Below, one piece after another: positions 44,583-56,164 of a DNA stretch of 64,000 nucleotides. How positions within the stretch are numbered: the first letter of the stretch is position 1; every line of letters begins with the position of its first letter. The DNA is from Bacteroidota bacterium (GTDB taxonomy: Bacteria; Bacteroidota; Bacteroidia; CAIKAF01). The stretch lies in NCBI GenBank assembly GCA_016866335.1, contig VGMT01000010.1, positions 3,144 to 67,143 of the forward strand. The letters are read 5' to 3'. The notes below the pieces were generated by a model. It saw nothing but the letters and a program-made list of their open reading frames with translations, was not told the origin of the DNA and made no database searches. A program made the position numbers and the translations under genes.

Positions 44583-47500
44583 TTGAATGTGTTTGCTCAT
44601 TCCTATTTACGTTTCTTTGCCCTTTTTTTGTTGGTAGGGACCCTTGGGCGAAACCCTATTTGGAGTCAATCGGCCGTTCCCTCGCCCAGCAAATTCAGCA
44701 AAGCCCTTCAAAATGCCTTGATTAGGCACCAACCCGAAGACAGTTTGGTTGTTTGGTTTAAATCGGCCAGCCGCCCCAACCCCCCGAACGGAATTCAATC
44801 TTTGGGTTCTGGATTTTATCAATGGAAAGGAACCAAACTGGAATGGGAATGGCTCTCAAATTCCATTCCATTGGAATGGGCCGACCTTGCCCCCAGCAAA
44901 GGTCCGGCGGAAAGCGAACTGGCCAATGGCCATACTGGCCTTTCTTCTTATGCACAAACCGCGGGTGTTCACCGGCTTGGATTGGGAATTCGTTTGGGCT
45001 TAAACGACGACGGGATGGTGGGTGCCCACCCCGATTTTGGTCAAAGGATTAATCAGCAAAATGCCCCTTTTACTGGAGCTTTGGCCGACCATGCCGATCA
45101 ACTTTCGGGAATGCTTGTGGGCTCTGGCATGGTTGAACCTGCAGCCCGTGGCTACCTTCCGGGCGCCAAACTGCATGTTTGGACCTATTCGGTCGATCCC
45201 AGCCAAAATTCTGGTTTTTTTTCTTACCCATCGGCCCTTTATTTTGATTCGGTTGTGGTTCTAAACACCTCGTATGGCGACGGGTGCAACGCTGGCTACA
45301 CGGCACTTTCTGCCTATTTGGACCAGCAACTTGAATTGAGCCCAGAATTGGGATTGGTTTTTTCGGCGGGGAATTCTGGATCGGCAGATTGCGGTTATGG
45401 AGCCGGGGCTGGCTGGGGCAACATCACCGGTGGCCACAAGCTGGCCAAAAACGCGTTGGTGGTAGGCAATCTTCTTAATCTTAACCTAATTTCTCCTACA
45501 AGCAGCCGAGGCCCTTCGACCGATGGCCGAATTAAACCCGATTTGGTAGCTCCTGGTAACCTTCAATACACCACCTCTGGCTTTTCACCCACAGGTTACA
45601 CCCTGCAAAGCGGCAGTTCCCTTTCGGCCACAGCAGCTACCGCCGCATTTGGCTTACTGCAAAACCAACATTTAATTCAACGGGGAACCTTCGCCAACTC
45701 AAGTCTGATTCGAGGCCACTTGCTTAATACAACCCTCGATTTGGGTTTACCGGGCCCCGATTTCACCTATGGTTTTGGCTTAATTCAAACCGATGTTGCC
45801 CTTCATGCCTTACAGCAAAGAAAAGACAGTGTTTTATGGTTGCAACCCAACGATACCGTTTGGATTCCCCTTCACCATTCCAACCCTTCATCTGCTCTAA
45901 AGGTAATGCTGTGCTGGAATGACCCCGCAGGCAGCCCCCTTTCTGCCTCTCCATTGGTAAACGACCTGGACCTGGCCCTTAAAACTCCCTCTGGAAATTG
46001 GATCTTGCCCTTGGTACCAAATCCCTTAGTCGGCTTTTTAAATCAGCCTGCCACCCAGGGGCAAGACCATGTTAATAATGTGGAACAAATCTCCACTTCC
46101 CTTTCTGATACAGGGTTTTTCTGGATTCGCATCAGCTCAACATCCTTGATTGGGGCCGGACAAGAATGTGCCCTAGTTTGGCATAGCCCCGATACCCTTT
46201 CTTCTTTTAAAAGTCCCTGGCTGGGGCAATCGGCCAAGGCTCAAGAAACAGCTACGGTGAGTTTCTTCAATGCAAAAGCCCAATCCAATCTTGAATTCAG
46301 CAGCGACCTTGGTCAAAACTGGCAGGTTTTATCGGCAAACCTTGGCCAGGGAAACCACCGCATTGAACATCCTCTAAACAGTTCATTTTATTCGTTTGGA
46401 GTAATCTACCGATTAACCTACCTAGGGCAAGAACAGATTCAAAGCCCGCGTTTAACCATACTTCCTGTTGCCGACTCGCTCCGAATCGACACGCTGTGTT
46501 CGAATAGGTTGCGCATGAGTTGGAATGCCGACCCCCTGGTTCCCTATTGGCTAATTTATGCCATGTCAGACAGCAATCAAACGGTGGTTGATACAGCAAC
46601 AGGAAACACATGGATTTCTACGAAAGATTGGGGAGGAATTCAGCGCTACTGGGCTGTGGCGGCAATGGATGTTTGGGGCGGGGTAGGCCAAAGGTGCAGG
46701 GCCATCTCGGCAGGCGATAGCCTAATCCATTGCAGCCCGGTCAACGACCTTTCTTTAAACGAAATTGTTTTCCCCTTAGGCAATACGCTTTCAACCTGTT
46801 TTTTTAGTCAAAACCTACCCCTTGTTTGCTCGGTTTCAAATCGGGGCACCCAAAATTCTGGGCCCATGTTGGTGTCAGCTAAAATAAATGGGCAAATCTT
46901 GGTTACCGACACCCTGCTAAACCTGCCCCCAAACACAAGCATAACCCACACCTTTTCTCAGTATCTAAGTCCAATCACGGGTTCTGAAATGTCCATTTTC
47001 ATTTCCTTAAGTTCTTTCCAAGATGAATTACCGTGGAACAACACGTTGAACCAAACGTATTCATTGTATTCTCAAACCGAAAGTTCCATTCCTCACCTGG
47101 AATCGTTTGAAAACAGCATTCCATGTTCAAACCAAACGAACTGCAAGGTTCCACAATGCCAAAACTCAAACCCCTGGACCAACAATCCGTCCAACGATCT
47201 TGATTGGAGAATCCACAGCGGCCCGAGTCCCAGCGCCGGAACAGGCCCCCGAACCGATGCAATGCCTGCCACCCTAAATGGAAACTACCTGTACCTGGAA
47301 TCCAGCCTTTGTTCTCCAAGCACCTCAATGGCCTTTGGCCCTTGTTTTTCAGGCATTCCACAGCCATTAAACCTGTATGCGGCCATGCATGCCTTTGGTC
47401 CAGATGTGGACCACATGGAAATTCTATTGATGGGACCAACGGGTCTTGACACCTTAAAAATGTCAACCCAGGGAAGCCACCTAGGTTGGGAAACCCAAAA

Positions 47501-48353
47501 AGCAAAAATCAATACCCTTCCCGGGGCTAAATATCAACTAATCGTTAAAGGAAAAACCACATCTGGGTTTCGTGGTGATTTAGCCATGGATGCGGTGCTA
47601 TTAGACACGCTTGATTTTGAAGCTATACCTAGCAATTACCCAAAAGTTTGCCAAACCTCCCCTACCCAATTCAAATTTCTTCCAACTGCCTTAGGTTCAG
47701 TCCCCCAATTCATCCTTCGCGATTCCTCATTCAACCCCATTTTACAAACCATAAACGATTCTGTGGCCTACACCTTTGTTCAATCTGGAGCGTATCAATT
47801 TAGCTTTAACCATCCCAGCCTAAATTACATTTGGCACGGAAATATTGAAGTTGAAGATCCATTAAATTTGGATTTTAGCTGGCAAGAATTGGGCAATGGC
47901 TTGGTGCTGTTTTCGCCCAATGCGTCAAACCTGCCTGCGAAATGGACAACGGGCGATGGCCAATTTCATTGGACCACCGATTCGCTGTATCATGCCTACC
48001 AGCAAAACGGCCAGTACCTGGTGCGGCTTTGGGCAGAAAATTCCTGTGGAAAGGATTCTATTGAAAAATGGATTCAGGTGGTTGGGGTTGGATTTTCAGA
48101 CCCTCCAAGCAAGGATTCATGGTTAATTTATCCTAACCCAGCTCAACACTACACCACCCTGCTTTCAGCCCATGCAGAAGAAATTCTGGAAGTACATTTA
48201 AGAGACCTTTCGGGAAGAAGCATCGTGCATTTAAGTCCCAAAAAATCGGCGGTTTCAATCCCTTTACAAGGCATTCCTGCCGGGTATTATTTATTGGATT
48301 GCAAAACAAACGACAGGAATTTGCTGTTTAAATTAATCAAAACAAACCCATGA
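44583..48353 (+). CDS. S8-family subtilase with MAM-like domain and T9SS (type A) C-terminal domain
   Basis: Signal peptide. Ser-region [16 protein letters not shown] (the GTSMAAP equivalent). MAM-like segment ([21 protein letters not shown]...GNYLYLESS). C-terminal roughly 80 aa (...[15 protein letters not shown]...[20 protein letters not shown]) is the Por/T9SS CTD. Confidence 0.65.
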   Translation: MNVFAHSYLRFFALFLLVGTLGRNPIWSQSAVPSPSKFSKALQNALIRHQPEDSLVVWFKSASRPNPPNGIQSLGSGFYQWKGTKLEWEWLSNSIPLEWADLAPSKGPAESELANGHTGLSSYAQTAGVHRLGLGIRLGLNDDGMVGAHPDFGQRINQQNAPFTGALADHADQLSGMLVGSGMVEPAARGYLPGAKLHVWTYSVDPSQNSGFFSYPSALYFDSVVVLNTSYGDGCNAGYTALSAYLDQQLELSPELGLVFSAGNSGSADCGYGAGAGWGNITGGHKLAKNALVVGNLLNLNLISPTSSRGPSTDGRIKPDLVAPGNLQYTTSGFSPTGYTLQSGSSLSATAATAAFGLLQNQHLIQRGTFANSSLIRGHLLNTTLDLGLPGPDFTYGFGLIQTDVALHALQQRKDSVLWLQPNDTVWIPLHHSNPSSALKVMLCWNDPAGSPLSASPLVNDLDLALKTPSGNWILPLVPNPLVGFLNQPATQGQDHVNNVEQISTSLSDTGFFWIRISSTSLIGAGQECALVWHSPDTLSSFKSPWLGQSAKAQETATVSFFNAKAQSNLEFSSDLGQNWQVLSANLGQGNHRIEHPLNSSFYSFGVIYRLTYLGQEQIQSPRLTILPVADSLRIDTLCSNRLRMSWNADPLVPYWLIYAMSDSNQTVVDTATGNTWISTKDWGGIQRYWAVAAMDVWGGVGQRCRAISAGDSLIHCSPVNDLSLNEIVFPLGNTLSTCFFSQNLPLVCSVSNRGTQNSGPMLVSAKINGQILVTDTLLNLPPNTSITHTFSQYLSPITGSEMSIFISLSSFQDELPWNNTLNQTYSLYSQTESSIPHLESFENSIPCSNQTNCKVPQCQNSNPWTNNPSNDLDWRIHSGPSPSAGTGPRTDAMPATLNGNYLYLESSLCSPSTSMAFGPCFSGIPQPLNLYAAMHAFGPDVDHMEILLMGPTGLDTLKMSTQGSHLGWETQKAKINTLPGAKYQLIVKGKTTSGFRGDLAMDAVLLDTLDFEAIPSNYPKVCQTSPTQFKFLPTALGSVPQFILRDSSFNPILQTINDSVAYTFVQSGAYQFSFNHPSLNYIWHGNIEVEDPLNLDFSWQELGNGLVLFSPNASNLPAKWTTGDGQFHWTTDSLYHAYQQNGQYLVRLWAENSCGKDSIEKWIQVVGVGFSDPPSKDSWLIYPNPAQHYTTLLSAHAEEILEVHLRDLSGRSIVHLSPKKSAVSIPLQGIPAGYYLLDCKTNDRNLLFKLIKTNP

Positions 48354-48901
48354 ATTTTATATCAGAGCGAGTTGGCTATGAGGCCACAGATGAGGGTCTA
48401 ACCGTTCGTATTAAAGCCAGCAAAGCAAGCGACCTCAAAAAACTAAATTTAATGAAAGCCTGGGTTATTGCCTGGGGTATTTCAGGTGGCCTAATTGGTT
48501 CAGCCCTTTTTTTGAATTATCCTGCAGACCTTAAGCTATACCTTTTGATCTTCTTGGCATTTTGGGCCTATTTCTTGTTTAAAATTACCCGAGCCTATTA
48601 CTTCCGAAAATACGGCATCGAAACCATCTTCTTGAATGGCGATCAACTTATGCTTAGAAAAGACATTCATGGAAAACCTGGCAAACAAGTGTTTTTCAGG
48701 TTAAAAGAAAAAAACGCCTTTCGACACCTCGATAAAAACGACAAGGGGTCCTGGTTTTATGATTCATTTTGGATAGACAGCGGCGGAAATTGCGGATTCG
48801 GAAAACCCGGTTCTGAATACCGCTTTGGCATTCAATTGGAAAAAACAGAAGCCCAACAGTTGGTCAAACTACTCAATAAGCAGATTCAAATTACCCCTTA
48901 G
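48350..48901 (+). CDS. hypothetical membrane protein
   Basis: 183 aa, two TM helices. Its ATG overlaps the TGA of the S8 gene (ATGA). Confidence 0.4.
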   Translation: MNFISERVGYEATDEGLTVRIKASKASDLKKLNLMKAWVIAWGISGGLIGSALFLNYPADLKLYLLIFLAFWAYFLFKITRAYYFRKYGIETIFLNGDQLMLRKDIHGKPGKQVFFRLKEKNAFRHLDKNDKGSWFYDSFWIDSGGNCGFGKPGSEYRFGIQLEKTEAQQLVKLLNKQIQITP

Positions 48902-49667
48902 TCAAAAAATGATGCCCCAGCATCACCGATAAAGCCGTTGCAGCGTTCAATGATTCTGGAGCTGGGCCTACCGAAAAAGAGGGAATGCGCACCGATGTTC
49001 CCATTTCAGCGACTTCGGGGCCAATTCCATTTCCTTCATTTCCTATGACCCAACCCAGCTTATCGCTAGGAATATAAGGTATTTTAGTCATTGGTTTCCC
49101 ATTGATTTCGGCCAGCAGAAGTTTCAACCCAAGGGCCATTATCCAATCTCTTAATTCATTAACCCTCAACCTGTGTAAATTCACAGCGGCGATGCTCCCC
49201 ATGCTGGCTTGCACCACCTTGGGCCCGTAGGGGTCAACCGTTCCCTTCAGAAGAACAACATCTTCAATTCCAAACCAATGGCAACTGCGTAAAATGGTTC
49301 CCATATTTCCCGGATCTTGAATGCCATCTAAAACCACAATAGGCCCTTTTTGGGGCAATGTTCTTGGGTCGGGAATACGAAAAACCCCCACCAAACCTGT
49401 AGGATTTTCTAAAAAAGACAAGCCCGATTCGGGCAATAAATAAACCGGAAAATCGCCCTTGGGTATTTGGTCCAAATGAGCTACCTGTTGTGCATCAACT
49501 CCCAGCCAATCGGGCTTCCATCCAAAAGCCATACAATCTAGAATGCATTTAAACCCTTCGGCAACACACAAACCCGATTCCAGCCTAAACTTTTTATCGG
49601 CCAACCTTCTAAAGGTTGCCTGTTTCGATTTTGATAGCAATTCCACCCCGCAAAGATACGTCCTCAA
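48891..49667 (-). CDS. TrmH/SpoU-family RNA 2'-O-methyltransferase
   Basis: SpoU motifs VVLDGIQDPGNMGTILRSCHWFG and SLNAATALSVML. Confidence 0.75.
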   Translation of the reverse strand: MRTYLCGVELLSKSKQATFRRLADKKFRLESGLCVAEGFKCILDCMAFGWKPDWLGVDAQQVAHLDQIPKGDFPVYLLPESGLSFLENPTGLVGVFRIPDPRTLPQKGPIVVLDGIQDPGNMGTILRSCHWFGIEDVVLLKGTVDPYGPKVVQASMGSIAAVNLHRLRVNELRDWIMALGLKLLLAEINGKPMTKIPYIPSDKLGWVIGNEGNGIGPEVAEMGTSVRIPSFSVGPAPESLNAATALSVMLGHHFLTKG

Positions 49668-49787
49668 AGCCTTATTATGGATATCTATTGAACCCTGTCC
49701 ACCAAACCAACCGAGATTAATTCAGAAACATGTTTAATTTGATGAATAGCCCTGTTTGCCTCGCCCGATTTGAATTACCTTCGCAGT

Positions 49788-52280
49788 ATGAATCGCACTG
49801 GGTTAAAGCCTGTTGCCCTGACCGGAATCGTCGCCTTGCTTCTTATGCTAGGGCTAATGGGTTGCGCTCCAACCCGACGTTTAAAACCATCCGAATTTTT
49901 ACTAAAAAAACAAACCATTAAAGAAATTGGCGAGACCGTCAACAACCATGAAAACATTGAAGATCTTCTTACACCGGTTCCCAATAAAAAGCTGTTTGGA
50001 GTTTGGCGATTTTACCTTCAACTTCATGAACTTCCCAACCCAGAAAAAGTGGCTTCAAAAAGAGCTTTTCTTGATGCCCGCCGAGACTCTTTGAATGGCT
50101 TGATTCGACAAAAAAACCTCGACCGAATAAAAAAAGGGAAAAAGCTCAAACCACTGAAATCAGAAAAACCTACCTTCAATGAATGGTTAATGAAAATTGG
50201 TGAAGCCCCTGTAATGCTTGATTCTTCAAGAATAGAAAGGAATAAAAAACAAGTTCAGCAATTTCTTAAAAACCACGGATACTTTCGAGCCAAAGTCCAA
50301 GATTCAATTGTACTTTACCCTAGGCAAAAAATGGCCGAGGTCGTTTACCTGATTCACAGGGGCCCCGCTTACAACATCAATAAGGTTTTAAAAGACATAG
50401 AAGACCCAACCCTTGAATGGTTAAATGAAAAACACCAATACCTGAGCCGTTTTAACCTAAAACCGGGCGAAGAAATTCGATTTGACTTAGATGCAATGGA
50501 TGCTGAGCGCGAGCGCTTGGCTAGTATTTTTAGGGATGCGGGCTTTTATTTAATGGATAAAAGCGACATTCTATTTTGGGCCGACACCCTTAAGCAGGCC
50601 GGAAAAGTTGAACTTACCCTTACAATAGACAATCCCAACACCCGAATTTCGTACAAAGGCGATTCCATTACCCTGAATCATCATCCTCGATTTATTGTTG
50701 GAGAAATTCGAATTTCTACCCACGAAGGATTGGATAAATCAGGTATGCCCCTAACCGATTCCATTTTAACCAAAGATTTTTCCTTGCATTTTAACAAAAA
50801 ACCCGAGATGCGGCCAAGGCCGCTTGGCAGAAGTTTGTATTTGGATCCCGGAGAACTATACAACCCCCGCGACGAAGAACGAACCCGTTCCGCACTAAAC
50901 GATTTAAAGGTTTTCAGGTATGTACACCTGAGATTTAAACCCAAAATAAGTGGTGACAGAATCGACACCCTAGACGCTGAAATTGAACTGGCCCCCCTTG
51001 CTCATCAAGGAATTTCGACCGACCTACAAGGAACAAACACCGATGGAAACCTTGGGGTTAGCCTTGGAGCCGCATACACCAACCGGAATATTTTCAAAGG
51101 GGCAGAAATTCTTGAATTCAGAATCAATGCTGGTGCCGAAATACAAGTACTGCAAGGCGATAGCCTGGATGTTCAACAAGGTGGCTTACCTTTCAATACC
51201 CTTGAATTAGGCGGGCAATTATCCTTAACCACTCCTCGGTTCTTGGCCCCATTTTCTCTCAGCAAATGGGCAAAACCCAGAACCCGAGCAATGCTGTCAA
51301 TAAACTACCAAAACCGCCCCGATTACGACCGAACCGTTTCTACCTTCCTTTTCGGTTACGAATGGCTGGAACCCCCATCAAAAAAACCATGGGTAAATCG
51401 AAATTACAGCCTTTTTTATCAGGTTAATCTGGCCGAAATCAGCTTGATTAACATCAATAAAACGGCAGCCTTTGAGCAGTTTCTGGAAGAAACGGGCGAC
51501 CTATTTGTAAAAACCAGCTTTCGCCAACATTACATCCAAGCAACTTCGGTAACCGTTTCTTTTTCTAGAAATTCAAGAAGAAAAAATGGTCCTAGATTGT
51601 TTGCCCGTTTTAATGTTCAAGCCGGAGGAAACCTGTTGAGTTTGGGCTATCAACTCTTTGCGCCTCAAACTGCCGATACGTTGGGGCAGTTTTCCATTTT
51701 TGGAATCCGCTTTGCCCAGTATTTCAGATCAGAAATTGACATGAGGTATTTTCTGCCCTTGGCCCCAAAATATCAGCTTGCCTTTCGCGGTTTCATTGGG
51801 TTTGGAAGGGCATTTGGAAACACGCAAGTGCTGCCCTTTGAAAAAAGCTTCTTTGCCGGGGGGGCAAACGACTTAAGAGCATGGTTACCAAGGAGCTTAG
51901 GCCCAGGATCGTACCAGCAGTCCTCTACAGGAAGGGTTGACCAGGTTGGAGAGATTAAGCTGCTGGGCCAAGCAGAATACCGTTTTCCGATTTACAGCTA
52001 CCTTGAAGGAGCCTTGTTTGCCGATTTCGGAAATATCTGGCTCAGCAGGCCCGACCCGAACCGTCCTCAAGGTGAGTTTCTTTGGGACCGATTTTGGCAC
52101 GAATTCGCTTTAGGATCTGGTATTGGACTCCGGCTTAATCTTGGTTTCTTTATTTTCCGCGCCGATTTTGCAATCCCAATGCGCGACCCTACCCAACCCG
52201 CAGACCAACGCTGGGTTATTACCCGCCTTAAACTCCCAGACGACCTCAGAATCAATATTGGAATTGGATACCCTTTCTAA
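49788..52280 (+). CDS. BamA/TamA-family (Omp85, surface antigen D15) outer-membrane protein
   Basis: Lipoprotein-type signal (LLMLGLMGCAP). C-terminal beta-barrel region with the D15 motif (...FADFGNIW...GSGIGLRLNLGFFIFRADFAIP). The track ORF begins at 49770. Confidence 0.65.
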   Translation: MNRTGLKPVALTGIVALLLMLGLMGCAPTRRLKPSEFLLKKQTIKEIGETVNNHENIEDLLTPVPNKKLFGVWRFYLQLHELPNPEKVASKRAFLDARRDSLNGLIRQKNLDRIKKGKKLKPLKSEKPTFNEWLMKIGEAPVMLDSSRIERNKKQVQQFLKNHGYFRAKVQDSIVLYPRQKMAEVVYLIHRGPAYNINKVLKDIEDPTLEWLNEKHQYLSRFNLKPGEEIRFDLDAMDAERERLASIFRDAGFYLMDKSDILFWADTLKQAGKVELTLTIDNPNTRISYKGDSITLNHHPRFIVGEIRISTHEGLDKSGMPLTDSILTKDFSLHFNKKPEMRPRPLGRSLYLDPGELYNPRDEERTRSALNDLKVFRYVHLRFKPKISGDRIDTLDAEIELAPLAHQGISTDLQGTNTDGNLGVSLGAAYTNRNIFKGAEILEFRINAGAEIQVLQGDSLDVQQGGLPFNTLELGGQLSLTTPRFLAPFSLSKWAKPRTRAMLSINYQNRPDYDRTVSTFLFGYEWLEPPSKKPWVNRNYSLFYQVNLAEISLININKTAAFEQFLEETGDLFVKTSFRQHYIQATSVTVSFSRNSRRKNGPRLFARFNVQAGGNLLSLGYQLFAPQTADTLGQFSIFGIRFAQYFRSEIDMRYFLPLAPKYQLAFRGFIGFGRAFGNTQVLPFEKSFFAGGANDLRAWLPRSLGPGSYQQSSTGRVDQVGEIKLLGQAEYRFPIYSYLEGALFADFGNIWLSRPDPNRPQGEFLWDRFWHEFALGSGIGLRLNLGFFIFRADFAIPMRDPTQPADQRWVITRLKLPDDLRINIGIGYPF

Positions 52281-52372
52281 TTCTGCCACCCCACTTTCTT
52301 CGTATTCTATTTTCTTAAAACCCTGCTTTCTGAACCAATTTTTCCATTCAAAATCGAACAAAACTGGAGCTG

Positions 52373-52394
52373 AAATTTAGATTAACCTAAATTT
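52373..52394. promoter_or_regulatory. inverted repeat AAATTTAG-N6-CTAAATTT upstream of metal ABC operon (candidate metalloregulator operator)
   Basis: aaatttagattaacctaaattt lies 28 bp upstream of the znuA-like start. The half-site resembles the palindrome at 56852. Confidence 0.35.
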
Positions 52395-52421
52395 TTCTTT
52401 ACATTTGGGTAAATTCCATTT

Positions 52422-53327
52422 GTGCGCCATTCCCTATTTGTTTATTGCATTGGATTTTGTCTTTTCTTGGATTGCACAACTGCACCTAGCGCCCCAAAAA
52501 CCGCTTTTAAAATAGTAACGACCACCCAAATGCTGGCCGATGCAATTTCCCCGCATTTAAATTCGTCCTGTTCCATTGTTGTCCTTTTTCCCGAAGGCAT
52601 TGAGCCTCATTCTTACCGCCCTGTCCCATCTGACATTAAACTTCTGCAGGAGGCCGATGCCGTGCTGTACAATGGATTGCATTTAGAGGCCAACATGGAA
52701 TCTATGCTTGAACACTTAGGTCGTTCAAAGCCATGCATTAGCTTAGGTTTCTTTATTCCACATCAAGATTTAATTCCACTTGACGAACATTCCTATGACC
52801 CCCACATTTGGTTTGATATTACCTTGTTTGGTTTTGCCGCAATGAAGGCCGCAGACAGTTTAGATAAGGTTCTTTCAAAGCCCGTATTTTTAAGCAACCA
52901 AACGCATCTGGATTCCTTGGTCCAGCTTGACAGCCTTCTCCTTAAGCAATGGCAAAATCTTCCTGAATCTCAAAGGGTATTGTGTTCCGTACACGATGCA
53001 TTTTCCTATTACTGCCGAAAATACAAGCTAAAACAAATTAGCCTTCAAGGGGTATCTACGGCAGCCGAATTTGGGATTTATGAAGTGAACGATATGGTAG
53101 ATTTCATTGTTGAAAATAAAGCTAGGGTGGCTTTTACCGAGGCACATGCCCTTACAAAAGCCATGAAATCAGTTCAAATGGGTTGCGCTAAGCGAGGGCA
53201 CAAATTAACCATAGGAGAACCTCTTTTAACGGATGCTCCAGGTAAAAAAGGAAGCTTAGGGGGAAGCTGGCCGGGAATGGTCATTGAAAATTCGGATAAA
53301 ATTCAAAAAGCGTTTAGCCATGATTGA
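52422..53327 (+). CDS. metal (Zn/Mn) ABC transporter substrate-binding protein, TroA/ZnuA family
   Basis: 301 aa. Signal peptide. Cluster-9 solute-binding-protein architecture. First gene of a four-gene ABC operon. Confidence 0.8.
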   Translation: MRHSLFVYCIGFCLFLDCTTAPSAPKTAFKIVTTTQMLADAISPHLNSSCSIVVLFPEGIEPHSYRPVPSDIKLLQEADAVLYNGLHLEANMESMLEHLGRSKPCISLGFFIPHQDLIPLDEHSYDPHIWFDITLFGFAAMKAADSLDKVLSKPVFLSNQTHLDSLVQLDSLLLKQWQNLPESQRVLCSVHDAFSYYCRKYKLKQISLQGVSTAAEFGIYEVNDMVDFIVENKARVAFTEAHALTKAMKSVQMGCAKRGHKLTIGEPLLTDAPGKKGSLGGSWPGMVIENSDKIQKAFSHD

Positions 53328-54087
53328 AGTTAAGAATTTAAACGCCGGATATGGAAAACGGTCTGCCCTTTGGAACATTGACTTTTCAATTCCCCTGCCT
53401 GCCTTTGTTGGGATTATTGGGCCAAACGGTGGCGGCAAATCAACCCTATTAAAATCGATACTGGGCGAGCTTACTCCCCTTACAGGCTCCATTCGGTTGT
53501 TTGGCAAACCCATCGCTGAAATGAAAAACCGGTTGGCCTATGTTCCACAAATTAATTCGGTGGACTGGAATTTTCCAATTCGGGTAATGGACGTAGTCCT
53601 TATGGGACGTTTTCGCCCAAATTCATGGGGGCCTTTTTATTCAAAATCCGATCGAGAAAAGGCAGAGTTTTATTTGAATGCCGTTGGAATGTTGGCCTTT
53701 TCAAAACAGCAAATTGGAGAACTCTCAGGTGGGCAAAGGCAACGTGTATTTCTAGCTAGGGCTCTTGCCCGCGAAGCCGATGTGTTGTTGCTTGATGAAC
53801 CCCTGGCGGGGGTAGATGCGGGTTCAGGTGAACGCATCCTCTCTCTGCTTTCTGAATACCAAAAACAAGGGCGCAGCATTGTTATGGTTCACCACGATTT
53901 ATTAACTGCTTCGACCCTGTTCGACCATTTGGTACTCCTTCAAACCCGACTTGTCGCTGCTGGGCCAATAAAAGAAGTTTTTACCTTAACTAATCTTCAA
54001 ACTGCGTATGGCACAGATGTTTCAATTTTATCTGAAATGATACACAAGTTAGGTCAAACGCCAGCAAATTTATCTGACCATCCCTGA
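53320..54087 (+). CDS. metal ABC transporter ATP-binding protein (TroB/ZnuC-like)
   Basis: Walker A GPNGGGKST, signature LSGGQRQR, Walker B LLLDEP. The start is set at MIEVKNL, overlapping the upstream stop by 8 bp. Confidence 0.85.
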   Translation: MIEVKNLNAGYGKRSALWNIDFSIPLPAFVGIIGPNGGGKSTLLKSILGELTPLTGSIRLFGKPIAEMKNRLAYVPQINSVDWNFPIRVMDVVLMGRFRPNSWGPFYSKSDREKAEFYLNAVGMLAFSKQQIGELSGGQRQRVFLARALAREADVLLLDEPLAGVDAGSGERILSLLSEYQKQGRSIVMVHHDLLTASTLFDHLVLLQTRLVAAGPIKEVFTLTNLQTAYGTDVSILSEMIHKLGQTPANLSDHP

Positions 54088-54089
54088 GC

Positions 54090-55301
54090 ATGATTTCTGA
54101 ACACCTGGTGTGGATTATTTTAGGGTGTATGCTGGCGGCATATTTGCTGGCCATTACAGGAATTCCTGTTTACCTGCGGCGAGAATCACTTACAGGGGAC
54201 GCTCTTTCGCATGCCATTTTCCCCGGTGTGGTGGTGGCAGTTTTGATTTCGGGTGGCCAGCAGGGCTGGGTAACCTATCTTTCTGGAATCATTGTCGGCA
54301 GCTTTGCCCTATTTTTAATTCAAACTATTCACCAAAAAACCCTTATTCCCAAAGATGGTGCGACAGGAATTGTATTGATTCTTTTTTTTGCAGTAGGCTT
54401 ATTGTTGATGGGCAGGTTGCAAAGGTCAGGCATTCCATTATGGGGCGTTCAGCACGTTTTACTGGGTAAAGCAGCTACCCTTTTGCCCTCGGACGTTTTT
54501 GCGCTGGCTGTGTTGTCTGCCCTAGGTAGTGTTGTGTTTTTCTTGGTCCAAAAATGGATTTGGATAGAAGCTTTTGATTCCAAATTTGCCCTTCATTCAG
54601 GCCTACCTAAAAATACCTACGAACTTTTATTGAGCGCTTGGACTGCCTTGGTTTTAACGGCTACCATTCAAATTTTAGGTGCTGTTCTAAGCGCCGCTAT
54701 GCTCATTACCCCTGCCGCCCTTGGACATTTTTTAAGCAATAACCCCAAAAAATTAACCCTAATTACTTTGGTCAGTGCTTGCATTGCGGCCGTTTTAGCC
54801 GGGTTCATTTCGGCCTCCCTTCCGAGCATGAGTACCGGGGCACTTACCGTCATTATGCTTTTCATGCTGTCCTTTCCTTTCTTCATTTTCCATCCCACAA
54901 AAGGAATTTTAATGAAATGGGTTGCCCGAAAGCAAGAAGCCCGGCGCTGGCAAGATGAAAACACCCTTAAACAACTTTTAAATCAAACCAAAATCCCTTT
55001 GTTTTCAATTAAAAATCCTTCCTTACAACGGCTTGCTAAACACAGCTTTGTGCGGTTAAACCCACAGGGAAAATGGGAACTGAGCCCCAAAGGACTTGAA
55101 GAAGCTGAGCGAATTGTGCGAAAGCACCGGTTATGGGAAACCTTTTTGCATAAGCGCCTGATGTTGCCCGTGGGAAGTGTGCATGAGAATGCCGAGTTGA
55201 TGGAACACCTACTTGACGACGAAGCTGAAGAGCGACTGGCATTGGATTTAAACCACCCAAGTGCAGACCCACACCAATCCCCTATTCCCCCAAGAAAATG
55301 A
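54090..55301 (+). CDS. metal ABC transporter permease (ABC-3 family) fused to a C-terminal DtxR-like repressor domain
   Basis: The N-terminal roughly 280 aa are a TroC/ZnuB-type permease. The C-terminal roughly 120 aa (...VRKHRLWETFLHKRLMLP...LDLNHPSADPHQSPIP) parallel the separate DtxR-family protein at 56141..56806 (VRKHRLWEVFL...FLGFPEVDPHGDPIP). Confidence 0.75.
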   Translation: MISEHLVWIILGCMLAAYLLAITGIPVYLRRESLTGDALSHAIFPGVVVAVLISGGQQGWVTYLSGIIVGSFALFLIQTIHQKTLIPKDGATGIVLILFFAVGLLLMGRLQRSGIPLWGVQHVLLGKAATLLPSDVFALAVLSALGSVVFFLVQKWIWIEAFDSKFALHSGLPKNTYELLLSAWTALVLTATIQILGAVLSAAMLITPAALGHFLSNNPKKLTLITLVSACIAAVLAGFISASLPSMSTGALTVIMLFMLSFPFFIFHPTKGILMKWVARKQEARRWQDENTLKQLLNQTKIPLFSIKNPSLQRLAKHSFVRLNPQGKWELSPKGLEEAERIVRKHRLWETFLHKRLMLPVGSVHENAELMEHLLDDEAEERLALDLNHPSADPHQSPIPPRK

Positions 55302-56164
55302 TGACCTTTCTTATTTTGGCTACCGCGGGTTTGCTAGCGGTTCAAGCAGCCTTGGGTGGCAGTTTTTTGGTGCTGCGAAGGTCGGCAATGCTCACCGACG
55401 CTATGGCTCACTCTTTGCTACCTGGGTTGGTTGTAGGATATTTGTTTTCGGGCTCAAGGTCTGGCCCTGAGGTTATTTTTTTTGCTGCTGTTTCTAGCTT
55501 TCTATCTGCCTACCTTATTGATTTTCTAAACAAGTTTGCGGGAATATGGTTCGAGGCGAGTACGGGTTTTGTTTTCACCTCGCTGTTCTCAATAGGCATT
55601 GTTTTGACCACCGCCTTAGGAGGCAATATTGATTTGGATGCCGATTGCATTTTGTACGGAGAATTGCTGTACGTTCCCTTTCGGTATTCTTCTACCCAAT
55701 CTTGGTACGATTTACTCCCCTTACCCCTTTGGAATCAAATTTGGGTAAGTTTTGCTTGGGCTATCTTCCTATTTTTCAAATGGAAGCAACTGAAAATTTG
55801 GGCCTTTGATGAAGGATTTTGCCGAAATGCAGAAATTCAACACCACTCAATTAGGCGTTCAACCTTAGTATTAACCTCCATGAGCATCGTTGTGGGTTTT
55901 GATGCTTTTGGTGCTGTTTTGGTGGTTGGTTTTTTCATTTTACCTGCGGCAACCGCCTGGTTGATTAGTAAAACCTACAAATCCATGCTGTTGAACTCCA
56001 TCGTGTTTGGGGTGGGTAGCATTGCTCTTGGTTATGTGCTAGCCCTAGCTTTCGATTGGGAACCCGGCCCAAGTATGGTCTGTGTGGCAGGCCTTAATTT
56101 TATGATTGCAGCCCTGCGGTACAGGCAAAAAAAATCGGGGTCAGGATTTCGTCCTACGCACTAA
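55298..56164 (+). CDS. metal ABC transporter permease (ABC-3 family, TroD/ZnuB-like)
   Basis: 288 aa, 8-9 TM helices. Translationally coupled to the upstream permease (overlap). Confidence 0.8.
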   Translation: MMTFLILATAGLLAVQAALGGSFLVLRRSAMLTDAMAHSLLPGLVVGYLFSGSRSGPEVIFFAAVSSFLSAYLIDFLNKFAGIWFEASTGFVFTSLFSIGIVLTTALGGNIDLDADCILYGELLYVPFRYSSTQSWYDLLPLPLWNQIWVSFAWAIFLFFKWKQLKIWAFDEGFCRNAEIQHHSIRRSTLVLTSMSIVVGFDAFGAVLVVGFFILPAATAWLISKTYKSMLLNSIVFGVGSIALGYVLALAFDWEPGPSMVCVAGLNFMIAALRYRQKKSGSGFRPTH

